Of a stretch of DNA of 64,000 bases, positions 1 through 14,429 are shown piece by piece (positions within the stretch are counted from its first letter, which is position 1; each line of letters starts with the position of its first letter). The notes beneath the pieces were generated by a model, which searched no databases, was not told the DNA's origin, and worked only from the letters and a program-made list of their open reading frames with translations. Source of the stretch: the human T2T-CHM13v2.0 reference genome, Homo sapiens. The stretch lies in assembly GCF_009914755.1 (NCBI RefSeq), contig NC_060947.1. The stretch is one strand, 5' to 3'. Made by a program: the position numbers and the translations under genes.

Positions 1-883
1 TCTGAGCCAGGATATTTTTGAGAGTGAATGGGGCTGGTTTTAAGAATTAAATCAGGACAACAGGCATCCTGTGGGACTGTCTCAGGCAAACCTAAAAAGA
101 TGGTTATCCTCATAATTACGGTACCCACCTCATGAGGGCGTTGAGAGGGTCAAGGTTGTGAGAACAGTGTCTGGTACATGGGAAGGCTCTAGAAGCATTT
201 TCTATTATCATTTGTCCCAAACGCAACACCTTTTTCTAATTTTTCCATTTCTGTAAGTGACCCCACCATTCTCCCAGTCTTCCAGGTTAGAATATCTGAA
301 GCTATTTTTGACTTCCTTATCTTATTGGCTGATCTCTTGGATCTTTGGTCCCCCGTATCAGTTTGCAGTGTCATCATTGTGACCTGTAACATATGCATTG
401 TGTCATGTTCACTTGTGACCTTAGTCACCTCTCCTCCAGCTGGCCCAGGCTGGTTCCTTCCCTTCCTGAGCCCCTGTTCCCTCATCTCTCAGGTGGGGAC
501 GATGGTATTTGCCACCAAGGACACCCCAATTGCCAGGCTCTGGCATGGTCTCTGGACATCATAGACACTGTTACTTCCTTTCTGAATGCATGATAAACAT
601 GTCACTGTGCTTTACAGGCTGTGGCGTGCTTTGTAAACACAAAAGGTAGTGTGGAGGGCCAAACAAACAACATCCACACCATGACTATAACTGACACAGG
701 ACAGTCTTGAAATGTGTGAAAAATATTTGGGAAACCCTAGTCAGGAAATCATTTCAGGCAGAAGGGTTGGGGAGTGAGTGTTATCAACTTTTCAGCCATT
801 TGAAGAGGCTTAATGAACACAAAGCATTAATCAGACTGGACATTCAGACAGGAAAACCCAAGGGTCAGAAGTTGGCCTTGGGA

Positions 884-1310
<427 letters not shown>

Positions 1311-2299
1311 TCACCAGCCTTCTGACTACTCAGAAGCTTGCCTTCGTGCAGAGAGAGGTGCATTCCACTCTATGGGAGGGTGATGCTTTGTAAATACCAT
1401 TTCAATTGCTGGTTCTGTGACTTGGCCAGTGTGAATTGGCTTCTTTTAGAGTGTGCTGTTAAGACCACCAAATGTGAACTCCAAGAGAGCAGGAACTTTG
1501 TCTGTCTTGCTCACCTCTGTGTCCCTAGCACCTTGTAGAAAGTTCATACTCAATACAGTGTTGTTAAATCAGAGGAGGAACTATTGAAACCCCAACTCTG
1601 GACTGTGGTGAATTTACCAGGGTAAATGCCAGCCTGAGACACCCTTTGGGAGCCAAAAGAAAGGATGGCTTTTCTAGTGACACACCCATGTGTTATTGCA
1701 TAGTACAACCTTTGAAATGATGGCAATTGAAAACCAGTTGCTAACATTATTGCATGCTTGCCTGCTCTGTTTCAGGCCCAGTGCTCTGTGCCTTGCATGT
1801 GGTACCTTGCTTAGTTCTCACACTTCCATGAGAGCAGGTGCTGTGCTCGCCTGCAATGAGAATTCTCTGTGCCTGGAAGTTGAGCAACACATCCAGGTCT
1901 TTGTACATAGGGGTGGAGCCAGGATTTGAACCCAGGTCTGCTTGAGTCCCAGCCCAGGCCATACTGTCTTCTGGGGCGTTGAACCTGCAGCCTCCTTGTT
2001 GGGTCTTCTCTCTCTGGCACTGTCAGGTGGTCTGTGCCTCAAGTGCAGGAAGCAGATCTCACGTGCTGTCACCTTTCCAGGAACCCTGGACATCATCGGG
2101 CTTATGGCAGGTGTAACGAGTCTTGGATGTGCCCTCCCTTTCCCTCTTTCTCCGGTAGCCTGTGTGAGCGTGACCCTGCCCTACTTTTGCCATGAAGATT
2201 CAACACCATTTCCCTGACCCCACTCTGAACCCTTGCCGGTCCCTGCAAACCATGTTTAGACCCATTCTGAAAAGATCCACTGTCTTCGAGTCATTTTTC

Positions 2300-2417
2300 T
2301 TTAGAAATGCAAATTCTCAGACTCTGCCCCAGACCTGCTGAATTAGAACCTCTAGGGCAGGTGTGCCAATAAGCCTTACTGGGGATTCTGGTGCCTGCTC
2401 AAGTGTGAGAACCACTG
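2300..2417. mobile_element. MER5A-like hAT-Charlie DNA transposon relic
   Basis: TTAGAAATGCAAATTCTC...CCAGACCT...GAGAACCACTG signature; related copies at ~56420-56600 and ~57495-57655. Confidence 0.75.
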
Positions 2418-4400
2418 TCCTACAGAATGAAGTTTAGCTCCCCACCCCCAGCCCTCACCCTACCCACTGCTCTCTGACACTCTAATGGAGGGCCGTGACA
2501 CTTGCTCTACTTCCCACAGTCATGCCTTATTCTCACTTCCACGTCTTTGCCCTGCCTGTGGAAAATCTGTCATTGACATTTCCCTGTCCCATCCTTCCTC
2601 TCCCAGTTTAGGCCACACCCCCTCCAGGCAGCTTTCCTGGCCCTTCCAGCTCCCATTTTCTTCCTTCTTTTGCATTCTGTGCTATATAGGCCTTGTGCTA
2701 TGCACATCGGGTCTCTCCTTAGCTGTTCGGTGCACAGGAACTTTGAATAATCATGCCTTGGTAATCATACCTCTGCCTCGGCAAATAATAGTGGGTGGGT
2801 ACCTAAGAGATCTTTAATAAGCAAATCTTGTCCACACACTGATTGGTGTGCTGCAGTGGACTTACTTGGGGTGTGTACCCCAACCCACAATTCCTGAGAG
2901 GCTGACTTAGGCAGCTGGTGGTCAGTCCAGGAACAGTACATGAGGTAATGTTGGAGGAGCAGGGACCATGACTAACAGAGAGATCCAGTCTGCTGAGAGA
3001 TAATGGAGCAGACACCCAAAAGGGAGCAGAGATGAGAAGCAAGGCAGGACTGGAGCCAGATAGGAACTTACAATTTCTTTCTTACCAGGAGGGCTGGATG
3101 GATGTACTTCTGGCACAATAAACCCCTTTTTCACTTTAATTTCTGAGGAGGTTTCTGATCCTTGCAACTACTGCTCCCTGATTAAGATACAAGCAAATGG
3201 TTGCTTTGGGGGACTTGTGTTGTCTTGGTTAAGTAAGTGACCATCTTAGCTGAATACCACACAGTGTCATGCATGGTATCTACGTAGCAGTAGCCCAGGT
3301 CAAGGCTACTTCCCTTGCCTACCTGTGCCCCTTGCTGTCAAACGTTTGGCAGCCAGAGGCTCACTTAGTAGTGATTATGGCCTCCTCTTCCATTGGGTAG
3401 CCCACACCTTGGATGACCCCTCTGGTGGAGGTGGTAGCTAACTTTCCCTTCCTATTAAAGACTCTTTCTTTCCTCTCGCCTCCCACTTTGTCCACCATCT
3501 TCCTCCATTCCAGGGCCCCTGGAACCTTGTCACTGAAGCATTTGTGGGTTGCTCAAAGATTTTCACTGTGGCAGATGAAATAATCATTCTGGCAGGCGAT
3601 TCAGCTAATAGTTGGGGCTAGCAGGGAAGCTGACGCAGAGTAAAACACATTATTTCATGGTCTGTCATTTCGATTCAGGTGTGCTAAAGCTTGTCATAAT
3701 TCTCCACTGGGTCATTTCTTTTTATATGGGCTGTTGGTTTTCTTTTTTCTTCTTCTTTCTTAAATCAAAAGACAGGAAACCAAGTGCTTCTGACAACTCA
3801 TTCGTGCATCCAAGCTTGCAGAAATATCCATAGGAGGTCAGTGGCTTCTGCTGTGCAAAGCTCCTGTTGGCCCAGGAGGCTCAGGCAGAATTCTGATTGT
3901 CAGGAAAACCCTCACACTTGCCTGAGAGCAGGCGCTGCCAGGCTTCTAGTTCCCCCTAGCCCTTCTGTTGAGATTGCATCACCTGTATGAGTCAGGGTTC
4001 AATCAGAGGCAGAAGCATCAGGAGATTGTTTCTGTTTTATAGGGTTTTGACTTTATACAGTCATGGGAGCTAGCTAAGCAGTCTCTGTAGGGCTGCTTGA
4101 CACATTACAAAGCTGTCACATCACCTTTGGCTTTCTTTGCATATCCCTTGGTGACTTTTTCTTCAACTAGACTGAGCTAGCTCACTGGAGCCTAACTGCC
4201 CTGAGTCTATATTTGGGGTATGGAGGTTTACTGTCCTGAGAAAAGGCTGGATAGAGGAGCAGGCTTGGGTAGGCAGCTTCTGGGCCAGGTATTGGGTGAG
4301 GAGCTCTCCAGCAGATGGACATAGTGCAGACAGAGTTCATGGAGGAGCCGGTGATGCATTCTCTGGGTACCTGAGAGAAGCTCCTGGTACACTGAACATC

Positions 4401-4872
<472 letters not shown>

Positions 4873-5199
4873 TGAGGTACTGTCTACCAGGTCCTTTCTG
4901 CGGTAGAAGGAAGGGTCTGGGGAGAAAGAAAAGCAGGCAACTTCCTAGAGGCTGGGTGTGAGAAAGTAGCCACAGAGGCCCTAGAGAGAGAGGCCGCAAA
5001 GCCCGGAAAGGCCTGAGCTGAGAAGGAGGTGCTGGCAGTTCCAACCCAGGTCTGTCACTAGGCTCAATGGTCCTTCGGGACCATTGCAGGGAGACACAAA
5101 AAGAATTTGGGGACTCTTCCGTCAAACCAAATATACTGCTGTAACCATGCGTGTGTGTTAGGAAACTTGTAACAGCTCCTGTCTGAGGTTGTTGTAAGT

Positions 5200-5710
5200 G
5201 ATTTATTCAACAAAAGTTTATTAGTGCTCTACTTTGTATAAGGTGTTGGACCTTATATAAAGTAGGACCTTCTGAGGTCAGAGAGATAAATAAGAGAAGG
5301 CCCCTACACCAAAGAAACTGGTACCCTTGTGGGGCACAGTGACATATATACCACAAAGTTCAATGCGGGGCAGAATATGACAAATGCTATAAGAGATGTA
5401 AACAAGGTGCTATGGGAATACAGAAGAGAAAGCAGTAGGGAAATCCAGGTAGGCTTCACAGAAGAGGTGGTATGAGCATGGCCTTGAAGAATGAGTAGGA
5501 TTTTGGCAGGTGGAGATCTAGTATCAATGCATTTTAACTGAAGGATCAGAATTGAGCAAAGGCAAGGAGCAGAGTTAAAGGCCATGTCTGGTCTATGGGA
5601 TACAGACATGGGTTCCTCAGGGGAGAAGATTGGAAAAGTAGGTTGGGAGAAAACTGTGGGGCTCTTGAACATCACATGTAGGAATTTAGATTTTATTCTA
5701 TAGATAATAC
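5200..5710 (-). mobile_element. L2 LINE fragment
   Basis: ATTCAACAAA..TTTATT.GTGCTCTACT 3'-end motif and typical L2 body; boundaries approximate. Confidence 0.6.
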
Positions 5711-6574
5711 GCATAATGTTGTAGGCAAAGATGATTGTTCATGAAGATGCCATGTGTATCCCCCCAAAAATCTCTTTGGAGGGAGTTAAATTCAATATGG
5801 CAATATGTATTCAAAAGTGTAAAAACATTTATACCCCTTGACCCAGTGGTTTCACTACAGGGAAGTAGAGAAGCCACAAAGCATAGTATTTAAGGGCGTG
5901 ACTTCTGCATTCAGGAGACAGGCCTGTGTTCAAATCTCAATTCCAAAATTTACTAGCTGGGTAACCTTGGGCAACGTATATAAATCTCTCTAAGCCTCAG
6001 ATTCCCCATCTGTAAAATGGGAACAAGAATATCTTAGAGGGTTTGAAGATTAACTGTGACAAATGTATGTGAAGCATGCCGGGTCCATAGAAAGTAGCAG
6101 GTATGTGGTAGTTTTTTAAAGGAAATTTGTCTCAAAGACCTAACATGAAATTCAGACAAAGACTCTGCAAAAAGATGTTCATCAAAGCATTATTTATGAT
6201 AATAAAAATAAAAAATGTAAACAGTCAACAACAGTGAATAAAACTATGGTCCATACATGTGAGGAAATGATGTATGTGAAGAGTTTTAATGATATGGAGG
6301 CTATTATGAGATATAATATTAAGCCATAGAAGAATATGTAATATTACATATACAATTTACTTTTAACCATGTTAAATATGACTAGAAAAAAGACTAGAAG
6401 AAAAAACACCAATGTGTTAACAGTGGTTGCCTCTGTGGCAACCCAGTGGTGAGTTATATGTGATTTTTCCCACCTATTTTTTGTGTTTAAATATATATAC
6501 GTATATGTTTAAATATATATATACACACATATATGTGTATATATATATATGTGTGTATATATACACATATATAC

Positions 6575-6692
6575 TTAAAGTGATATGGACTCATTGTAAA
6601 AATGTATAAAGTATACATACATATATGTGTGTATATGTACATATATGTATGTATACTTTATACATTTTTACAATGAGTCCATATCACTTTAA
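6575..6692. repeat. Perfect inverted repeat, 54-bp arms with 10-bp spacer, next to a (TA/TG)n tract
   Basis: 6575-6628 is the exact reverse complement of 6639-6692 (checked base by base). Confidence 0.97.
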
Positions 6693-7896
6693 TAATAACA
6701 AATAAAAGTAAAAAAAATTGAAGAAAAGAAAGTTTTTGAACTGGAAAGGGAAACGATCCATTTTTTGGGAGGGTAGCAGGTGGCCAGGTTAAGCATGCAT
6801 TTGAGAAATGAAAGGTGAGAAGCAAGGAAATGGGTCACATTGCTCTTTGAAGCAGGCCTGAAGTGGTGCTTTTCCACCTCACAATGAATGGGGTGATTCT
6901 GAGGGTGCTGTAGGGGAGGAGCACTTTGTTGGAAGAATTCTCTGTACGTAGCCAGGAGGTCTATGCAGAAGGAAGGGGGTCTGTAATGGGGACCTCTTGC
7001 AGGAAAATATGCTTAGATAATCTGACGGCCCCCTGAGCTGTGAGAGGTTGAAGTATTAAGGTAAAACAGACAACAAAAAGGTAGGGGGCATAATTTTTTC
7101 ACCACTGGGCTATGGACAGGACCTCAGGAAGCCAGAGAGATCAGATGGATCAAAGAACAATGAACGTCAAGAATGAAGTGAGCCTCATGAGTTTCCACAC
7201 ATTACTGCAGCCCTCCTGGCCATATAGAGAATTCTTTAGATCCAGAACCCTGAGGAAAGGACTATAGTTTTAGGATGAAAAGAAAGCATCAATCTCAATA
7301 TGCTATAAGGTAGTTATATTTGTTGGTTAATTAGAGAGTCATTTATATTCTACAGTCCCTTCCCCAACCCTGGCATACATAGTGTCCACTGTCTTGTCCC
7401 TAGAATTGGCAAGTGCCACAGGTAAATGACTACCTGCTGGATCTAAAAACATGATGGTATGAAGAAAGTCTCCACCACAGTTAGCACATGTTGGGGCTCT
7501 AGATGCAGGGTAAGCCTTCCGAGAAGGTTATTGGTGGGGAGACAGTTTTGATCCTAGAGAAACAATGTTGGAAGGGAAATCAGTATTTGCCCCTTGCCTT
7601 TCTTTTTGGTGTCTTACCTTGCGTTTGAAGCACAATCCTTAGAAGCACTTGGGCCAGCTTACTAGGCAACCCCCTGGAGAAATCACCCTTTGTTCTCCTG
7701 AGCAAGAGGCTCCCCATCAACTTCATCTCCTGCCCTTGGTCAAAATACCTCAGTTGTCTCTTCTCCAAGATAACTATGGAGAGATCAATCTCTGAAGAAT
7801 GCTAATGGATCATTGTGCCACCAACCCTTCTTGCCCAAATTGGGTAGACATTTCTGGTATCAAGAGTCATATTCCACGGAGTATGAACTGTGGGAC

Positions 7897-8626
7897 TGAT
7901 ATGGTTTGGATATCTGTCCCTCCAAATCTCATGTTGAAATGTGATCCCTGCCAGGTGCAGTAATTCCAGCATTTTGGGAGGCCGAGGTGGGAGGATTGCT
8001 TGATCTCAGGAGTTCGAGATGAGCCTGGGCAACATGGCAAGACCCTGTCTCTACAAAAAAGTACAAAAATTTGCCAGGCATGGTGATGCACACCTGTAGT
8101 CCCAGCTACTTGGGAGGCTGAGGTGCTGAGGTGGGAGTATCTCTTGAGTCTAGGAGGTCGAGGCTGCAGTGAGCTGTGATTATGCCACTGCACTTCATCT
8201 TGGGTGACAGAGCAAAACTCTGTCTCAAAAAAAAAAGAAAAAAGGAAAAGAAATGCAGTTTCCCCTGTTGGAGGTGGGGCCTCATGGGAGGTGTTTGGGT
8301 CATGGAGGTGGATCCTTCATGAATAGATTAATGCTCTCCCTCAGCAGTGAGTGAATTCTCACTCTATTAGTTCCCACGAGAGCTGGTTATTAAAAAGAGC
8401 CTGCCACCTCCTCCCTCCCTCTCTCTTGCTCCCTCTCTCTCCATGTGATCCCTGCTACTGCCTCCCCTTCCACCATGAGTGGAAGCTTCCTGAGGCCCCA
8501 CCAGAAGCAGATGCTGGCACCATGCTTCTACAGCTTGCAGAACTGTGATCCAAAATAAACCTCTTTTCTTTATAAAGTACCCAGCCTCAGGCATTCCTTC
8601 GTAGCAATGCAAGATGGACTAATACA
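7897..8626 (+). mobile_element. MST-family MaLR solo LTR interrupted by an AluJ-like element (~7949-8252, +)
   Basis: Starts TGATATGGTTTGGAT, has AATAAA and ends GGACTAATACA; Alu with A-rich tail in the middle. Confidence 0.88.
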
Positions 8627-9956
8627 GGGGTTTTCTGCTTGTTAATGCCTAAGATAAGCCAGTAAAAATTCTCACTTGGGGAAAGACAAAAATTTCAGGG
8701 ACTCTAAAATCAGAAGGTCTCCAGTGAAACTGTATAGAGTTGGCTCTATCAGGAGTTAGAACAGGTATGGATCAAGGGTCACCTTTAAGTTATGAATAGT
8801 GAATAGTGAATGATGTCATATCCATTCATTTATTCTTTTCTTTATTTCCCAAACATTTATGAAGTGTTTACTTTATGTCAGACATGTGTGAGAAAAGACA
8901 CTGATAAAAGATCCAATCCCTACCCTCAAGGAGCTGCCTATATGATTGGAAAGGCAAAAACAGAAAGAAAGCCATCATGTACTCTATATAAAGTGCTTTT
9001 CTTATCTGCTGTAAGTGTGTTATTTAAGTCAGACTCTCCTCTGGATCCCATGCCCAGCTGGGTCCTGGCCAAAGCAAGGAAGGCCTCAGTTCCCTTGGTA
9101 TATGCTGGGCTGAAAAACCACAGGAGTTCCTCACACATTCTTCAGCCTTGAAATAGTATCCAAAATGCCAAAGCATTTTAGAATAAAGCCGGATTCTCAA
9201 AATTAAGAAAGATGGCTTTAATAGCTATATTTAGGATTTTGATATGTGCATGCAGTAGCATTTTTTTTTCTTTCTTTCCTGGAGAGTAGATAATTCTGGG
9301 ATTTTTGGTTCTGGCCATGACAGAATATACCTGGTATCAGACTTACCCTTCTGCTGTAAATAGCTCTAAAATCTGGGCAAAATACAAAACAACTCTTTGC
9401 AGGTATTGAACCATAACCAACATAGCACAATTATCCTTGTGAGAAAGGATACACACGAGGTAAGCCCCATATTCACACTATCTTTTTCCCTGAGAGCATT
9501 TTCCAAGCTGCAGTGCAGGTTTGTGCTAGGTAAAGGAAACACAGATCAGCATTTGGGGCTGCCAAAATGGCTGGGATTTGGGAGACATAGTCCTGTAAAA
9601 GGGAAATTCACAAAGAAGGAGCCCCCATAACTTTGTAAAAATTTCCCTCAGGTCCTTGACCAGCTCCTAAGCAGCATGTGAGTAGGGTAGGCCTCTAGAG
9701 ACCTATCAGAGAACCACATTAAAAGAATGTATTGCCAAGCAGATATTTCAGAGGCTGCATGGTGCTGGAGAGATGAAAGCTGAAGTTTGGCTAGACATCT
9801 TAGTGAATATCCTGGGCTTTCAATCGGACCTCAGAAAGTCCACATTCTAGTAGTAAGGATCATGCCTTATCAGCAGGGACCATGTCTTAGGAGTAAGGGT
9901 GAGACCAAGAAAACTACACAAACAAAGCCTAAAATCCATTCTCAACAGAATTAAGG

Positions 9957-10165
9957 CAGTGGCTCTCAACTGGAAGAAATTTTTCTCCCCAGGGGATATT
10001 TTTGACAACACCTGGAAACATTTTTAGTTGTCACAACTGGGGGGTTGTGGGTAGAGGCCAGGGAGGCTGCTAAACATTCTACAAGGTATAAGCCAGCCTC
10101 CTTCCCCCAACAAAGAATGATCCAGCTCAAAATGTCAATAGTCTTGAGATTGCAAAATCCAGGCT
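9957..10165. mobile_element. MER20 (hAT-Charlie)
   Basis: CAGTGG.TCTCAAC...TTGTCACAACTGGGG...GGGTAGAGGCCAGGGA.GCTGCTAAACAT...AAATGTCAATAGT. Confidence 0.85.
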
Positions 10166-11604
10166 TTAAGTGATTTGAGAGCAATTTAGTTGGCTACTAG
10201 AACAAAACTCAACAATTTTTAAAGGAAGATGACATAATTCAGAAACTTTATAAGGCATTACAGTTAAAATTTGGCATACAATAAAAAATTACCCAATTAA
10301 AAATTACCCCTAAAGTGTGAAGAAGCAAAAAAACGGAAAACTATCAACACAAACAGAAGTGGAAGCAGAGATAATCCAGATATTATAGTAGAAACAAGGA
10401 ATTAAAAGTAAGTCTGGTTAAGATTTTAAGAAAATAGAGGAAAAGAGACAAAATGAATGAAAAAGGGAGAATTTCAAGAAAGTTGGAATCTATAAAACAT
10501 TAAATAGACATTCTAGAAATGCAAAATGCAATATCTGAAATTAAGAACTTCTTTACTGGGTTTAACAGAAAACTGGGCACAGCAGAACTTATTAGTGAGC
10601 TAAAACAAGGCAAAACAAAATAAATCTAACAACAGAGAATGTCCAAACTAAGAACATAGAGAAAAAAATAATTGAAAAAAATACTAGAATTCAAGGTTGG
10701 TTTAATATTTGGAAATAAATCAATGCAATTTACCACATTAATAGAATAAAGGAGAGAAAATACATGATCATCTTAATACATGCAGAAAAAGCATTTTATA
10801 AAATTTACGAAAAAAATTCTCAATAAACTAGAGTAGAAGGAAACATCTTTAATCATACTGAGGGTATATTAAAAAACTTATAGCTAACATTCCTGTGATA
10901 CCTGTGAATTTAATCACAATGCTTGTTCATTGCCCAGAAAGAGTGTGTGAGCAAGTCCCCCCACAGCTCATCTTTTTCCTTTAAATGATGGAATAACTCA
11001 GTGTTGGAACCACTGGAACATCACCTCATCAGCATTTGTGTTAAGGGGGTTGTTTGAATGGGACAAAGAATAACCTATCAATTTCCAGGTCTTCATCATA
11101 TTATAAGATTATTTAAAAAGGGGGGAACAACAAATCATTTGGTTTGTCTGCTAAAATAGATACCTAATTATAATTCATAGATCTCATTAATGAAAAGGAT
11201 TCCAGAAAAGGCTCACCCAGCCTTGAAGCAGATAAGTTGAGAATAAAAGATGAAGGCAAAAGAGGACTAGGGGAATACTAGACATGAGATAGGTCACCAG
11301 TGGATTCTTTCTTGATGAGTCTCACATACAGAATTCTTTTTCTCTAAAGTTTGGAACAAAATGATTATGCTACTATCACCACTCTTATTTGTCAATGTAT
11401 TGGAAGCCCTAGCCAGTACAATAAGGCAAGAAATAGAACATATCTTAACGTGAGAAAAAAAGAAAACTACAATTATTTGAAGATGGAATGATATAATGGT
11501 ATACATGGAAAAATTCAAAAAAAATCTATAGCAAGCTATTAGAAATAATAGGTAAATTTAACAAGATTGTTGGATATAGGATAAATACACAAAAATCATT
11601 TGTA

Positions 11605-11945
11605 CAGTAGTTCCCTCTTATCCATGGGGCATACGTTGCAAGACCTCCAGTGGATGCCTGAAGCCACAGATAAGTACCAGGCCCTATATATACTATGTTT
11701 TTTTCCTATTCATACATACTTATGATAAAGTTTAATTTAAAAATTAAGCACAGTAGGTGATTAACAATAGTAACTAATAATGAAACAAAACAATTATAAC
11801 AATATACTGTAATAAAAGTTATGTGAATGTGGTCTCTTTCTCTCAAAATGTCTTATTGTATTATACTCACCTGTTTTCAGACTACAGTTGACCATGGGTG
11901 ACTGAAACTGTGGAAAGCAAAACCAGGGATAGAGGGACTACTATA
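11605..11945. mobile_element. MER44-like (Tigger) MITE
   Basis: Degenerate TIRs CAGTAGTTCCCTCTTATCC / GGATAGAGGGACTACTA with TA flanks. Confidence 0.8.
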
Positions 11946-14429
11946 TTTCTATATGTTAGCAACAGAGACTAGGAGAATAAAATTTGAAGCCATGCAAATT
12001 ATAGTAACAGCAAAAATATCAAATATCCAGTGTACCTAACAATATCATTTACAGTAACATCAAAAAACATCAAATATCCAAGATAGCTAGCAAAACGTGT
12101 GCAAAATAGCTATGCTGAAAACCATGAAACAGTGAGATAAATTAAAGAAGACCTAAGGAAATAAAGACCTAGTCCATGTTCATGGATTGGGAGTCTCAAT
12201 AATGTTAAGGTGTCACTTTTCTTCAAATTGCTCTATATATTTAATGAATCAAAATTACAGCAGGTTTTGTGGAAACTGACTAAATGGCACTAAAATTTAT
12301 TTGGAAATGCTAGAATTCTAATGCAATATTGAAGAAGGATAAATCTGAGAGGCGTACACTACAGGACATCAAGGCTCACTATACACCTACAGTAATTAAT
12401 ACAGTTTCATATTGGCACAAAGCTAGATAATACACCAATGGAATACAACAGAGATTCCAGAAACAGATTCACTCATGTATAGTCATCTGATTTCTCACAA
12501 ACACTCTACTGAAATTCAGTGAGGAAAGAATGGTTTTTCTAAAATATGCTTGGTCAATTGGATATTCATATGGGGAAAAAACCCTTAACACCTACTGTAC
12601 ATCACTCATAAAAAATAATTTGGGATGTATTATAGATCTCTATATGAGAGATAAAATATTAAAGCTTCTAGAAGTAAACGAGAGAATATCTTCTTGACCA
12701 CACGATAAACAGAACATTAAAAGTGCTAACCATAAAATAAAATATTTAAAAACTGGGCTTCATTAAAATAAAGAATTCCAATTCATCAAAAGAAACAATT
12801 ATGGCAGCCTGGACAATACAGTGAGACCCTGTCTCTACAAAAAAATAAAAGTAGCTGAGCACGGTGTACACCTGTAGTCCCAGCTACTTGGGAGGCTGAA
12901 GGCAGGAGGACTGCTTGACCCCAGGAGTCTGAGGTTATAGTGAGCTATGATCATGCCACTGCACTCCAGCTTGGTGACAGAGACACCCTGTCTCAAAAAA
13001 AAAAAAAAATACCATTAAGAGGGTGAAAAGGCAAGCCCCAGCCTGGATGAAGATATTTGTAATACACAGCTCACAAAGAGCTTGTATCCAGAATATAAAT
13101 ATAACTTGTATAACTTGTACTAATTAATAAGAAAGACAATCCAGTAAAAATGGACAAACTAAACCCAGTACTTTACCAAAGATGAGATCAAAAAAGCCAG
13201 TAAATATATGAAAAAGAATTCTATATCATTAGTTATTAGAAAAATGCAAATTCAAACCATACAATGATATACTGCCAAACTCCCACCAAAATGACTAAAA
13301 TTAAAAACTAACAATAGTAAGTGTTGATGAAGATATGAAACAATGGAACTCTTTCTCCCATTGCTAATAGGAGGAAATCAGCACAACTACTTTGGAAAAC
13401 TACTTAGCAGAATCAACTAAATCTTTCCATATGTACATGCTATGACTCAACAATTCCACTTTTGTGTGCTTATGTTCACCAATAGATATGTACAATAATG
13501 TCTGTAGCAACTTTAATTCACAATAGTGCAAACTAAATACAGCCCAAATGTTCATCAACAGCAGAATGCATACAGTGTGAAACCATCACAGAGCGGTGTT
13601 GTTTCACACACTGCAGTGAAAAAGAACACCAACCACGGATTCACGCAACAACATGGATAAATAGCATGATGTGTTGTGTACATATTGTACGATTCCATTT
13701 AAATGAAGTTCAAAAACAGGTAAAACTAATCCATGGTGAGTTAAGTCAGAATAGCAGCTACCTTTGGGAAGGGTCAGGGTAACCAACTGTTCAGGTTGTC
13801 CTGCAGCTGAGAGGTTTCAGTGTGAAAGCTGGGAGAGTCCTAAGCAAACTGGGATGGTTGGTCACCCTAGAATGTGGTCTTTTTTGGGAAGGCACATGAA
13901 GGAGCCTTTTGAGGGGCCAGAAATGTTCAGTATCTTGATATGGATGGTGGCCACGAGTAAATACACGAGTGAAAATTTATCCAGCTATGCACTTAAGATA
14001 TATGTGTTTATGTATGCAGTTTATACTTTAATTGAAAATCTTTAAAAATAGCTATATGTTACAAAGCACAGAGTATGAAGAAAGCAAAGACAATAGGGCC
14101 ATTAGAATTTTGGTGGATAACAAAATGAAGGCCCGATTTTCATTTCTAATGTTTGCTTGTTTTCTCTTTCAGGTGTTGGGACTTTGATGGGAAAAAGGTG
14201 AAGCAAAATGTGGTAAACAGGAATGAAAAGCCAGAATGAATAAAGGAAGCCTTCATTGTTCTGAGTGAGTTCCCCAGCCTGAGAGATTCACAGAGACCTG
14301 GCAAATGATATTGCTGAACCATGGGCAGTGAATGCAGAGAACAGAAAAGGCATGAAAATCCATTTCTGATATTTAAAAAGAGCAAGAGGGTAGATTTCAC
14401 AAATTAGTGATTAGTGGGCTGATCCTGGA

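Larger units (their letters stand above)
9300..14050 (+). mobile_element. Old degraded L1M element with nested insertions
   Basis: A-rich L1 ORF2-like segments (TTCAAGGTTGGTTTAATATT, GCAGAAAAAGCATTT, CCATGTTCATGGATTGG) and a 3'UTR; partial Alu at ~12800-13010. Confidence 0.8.
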
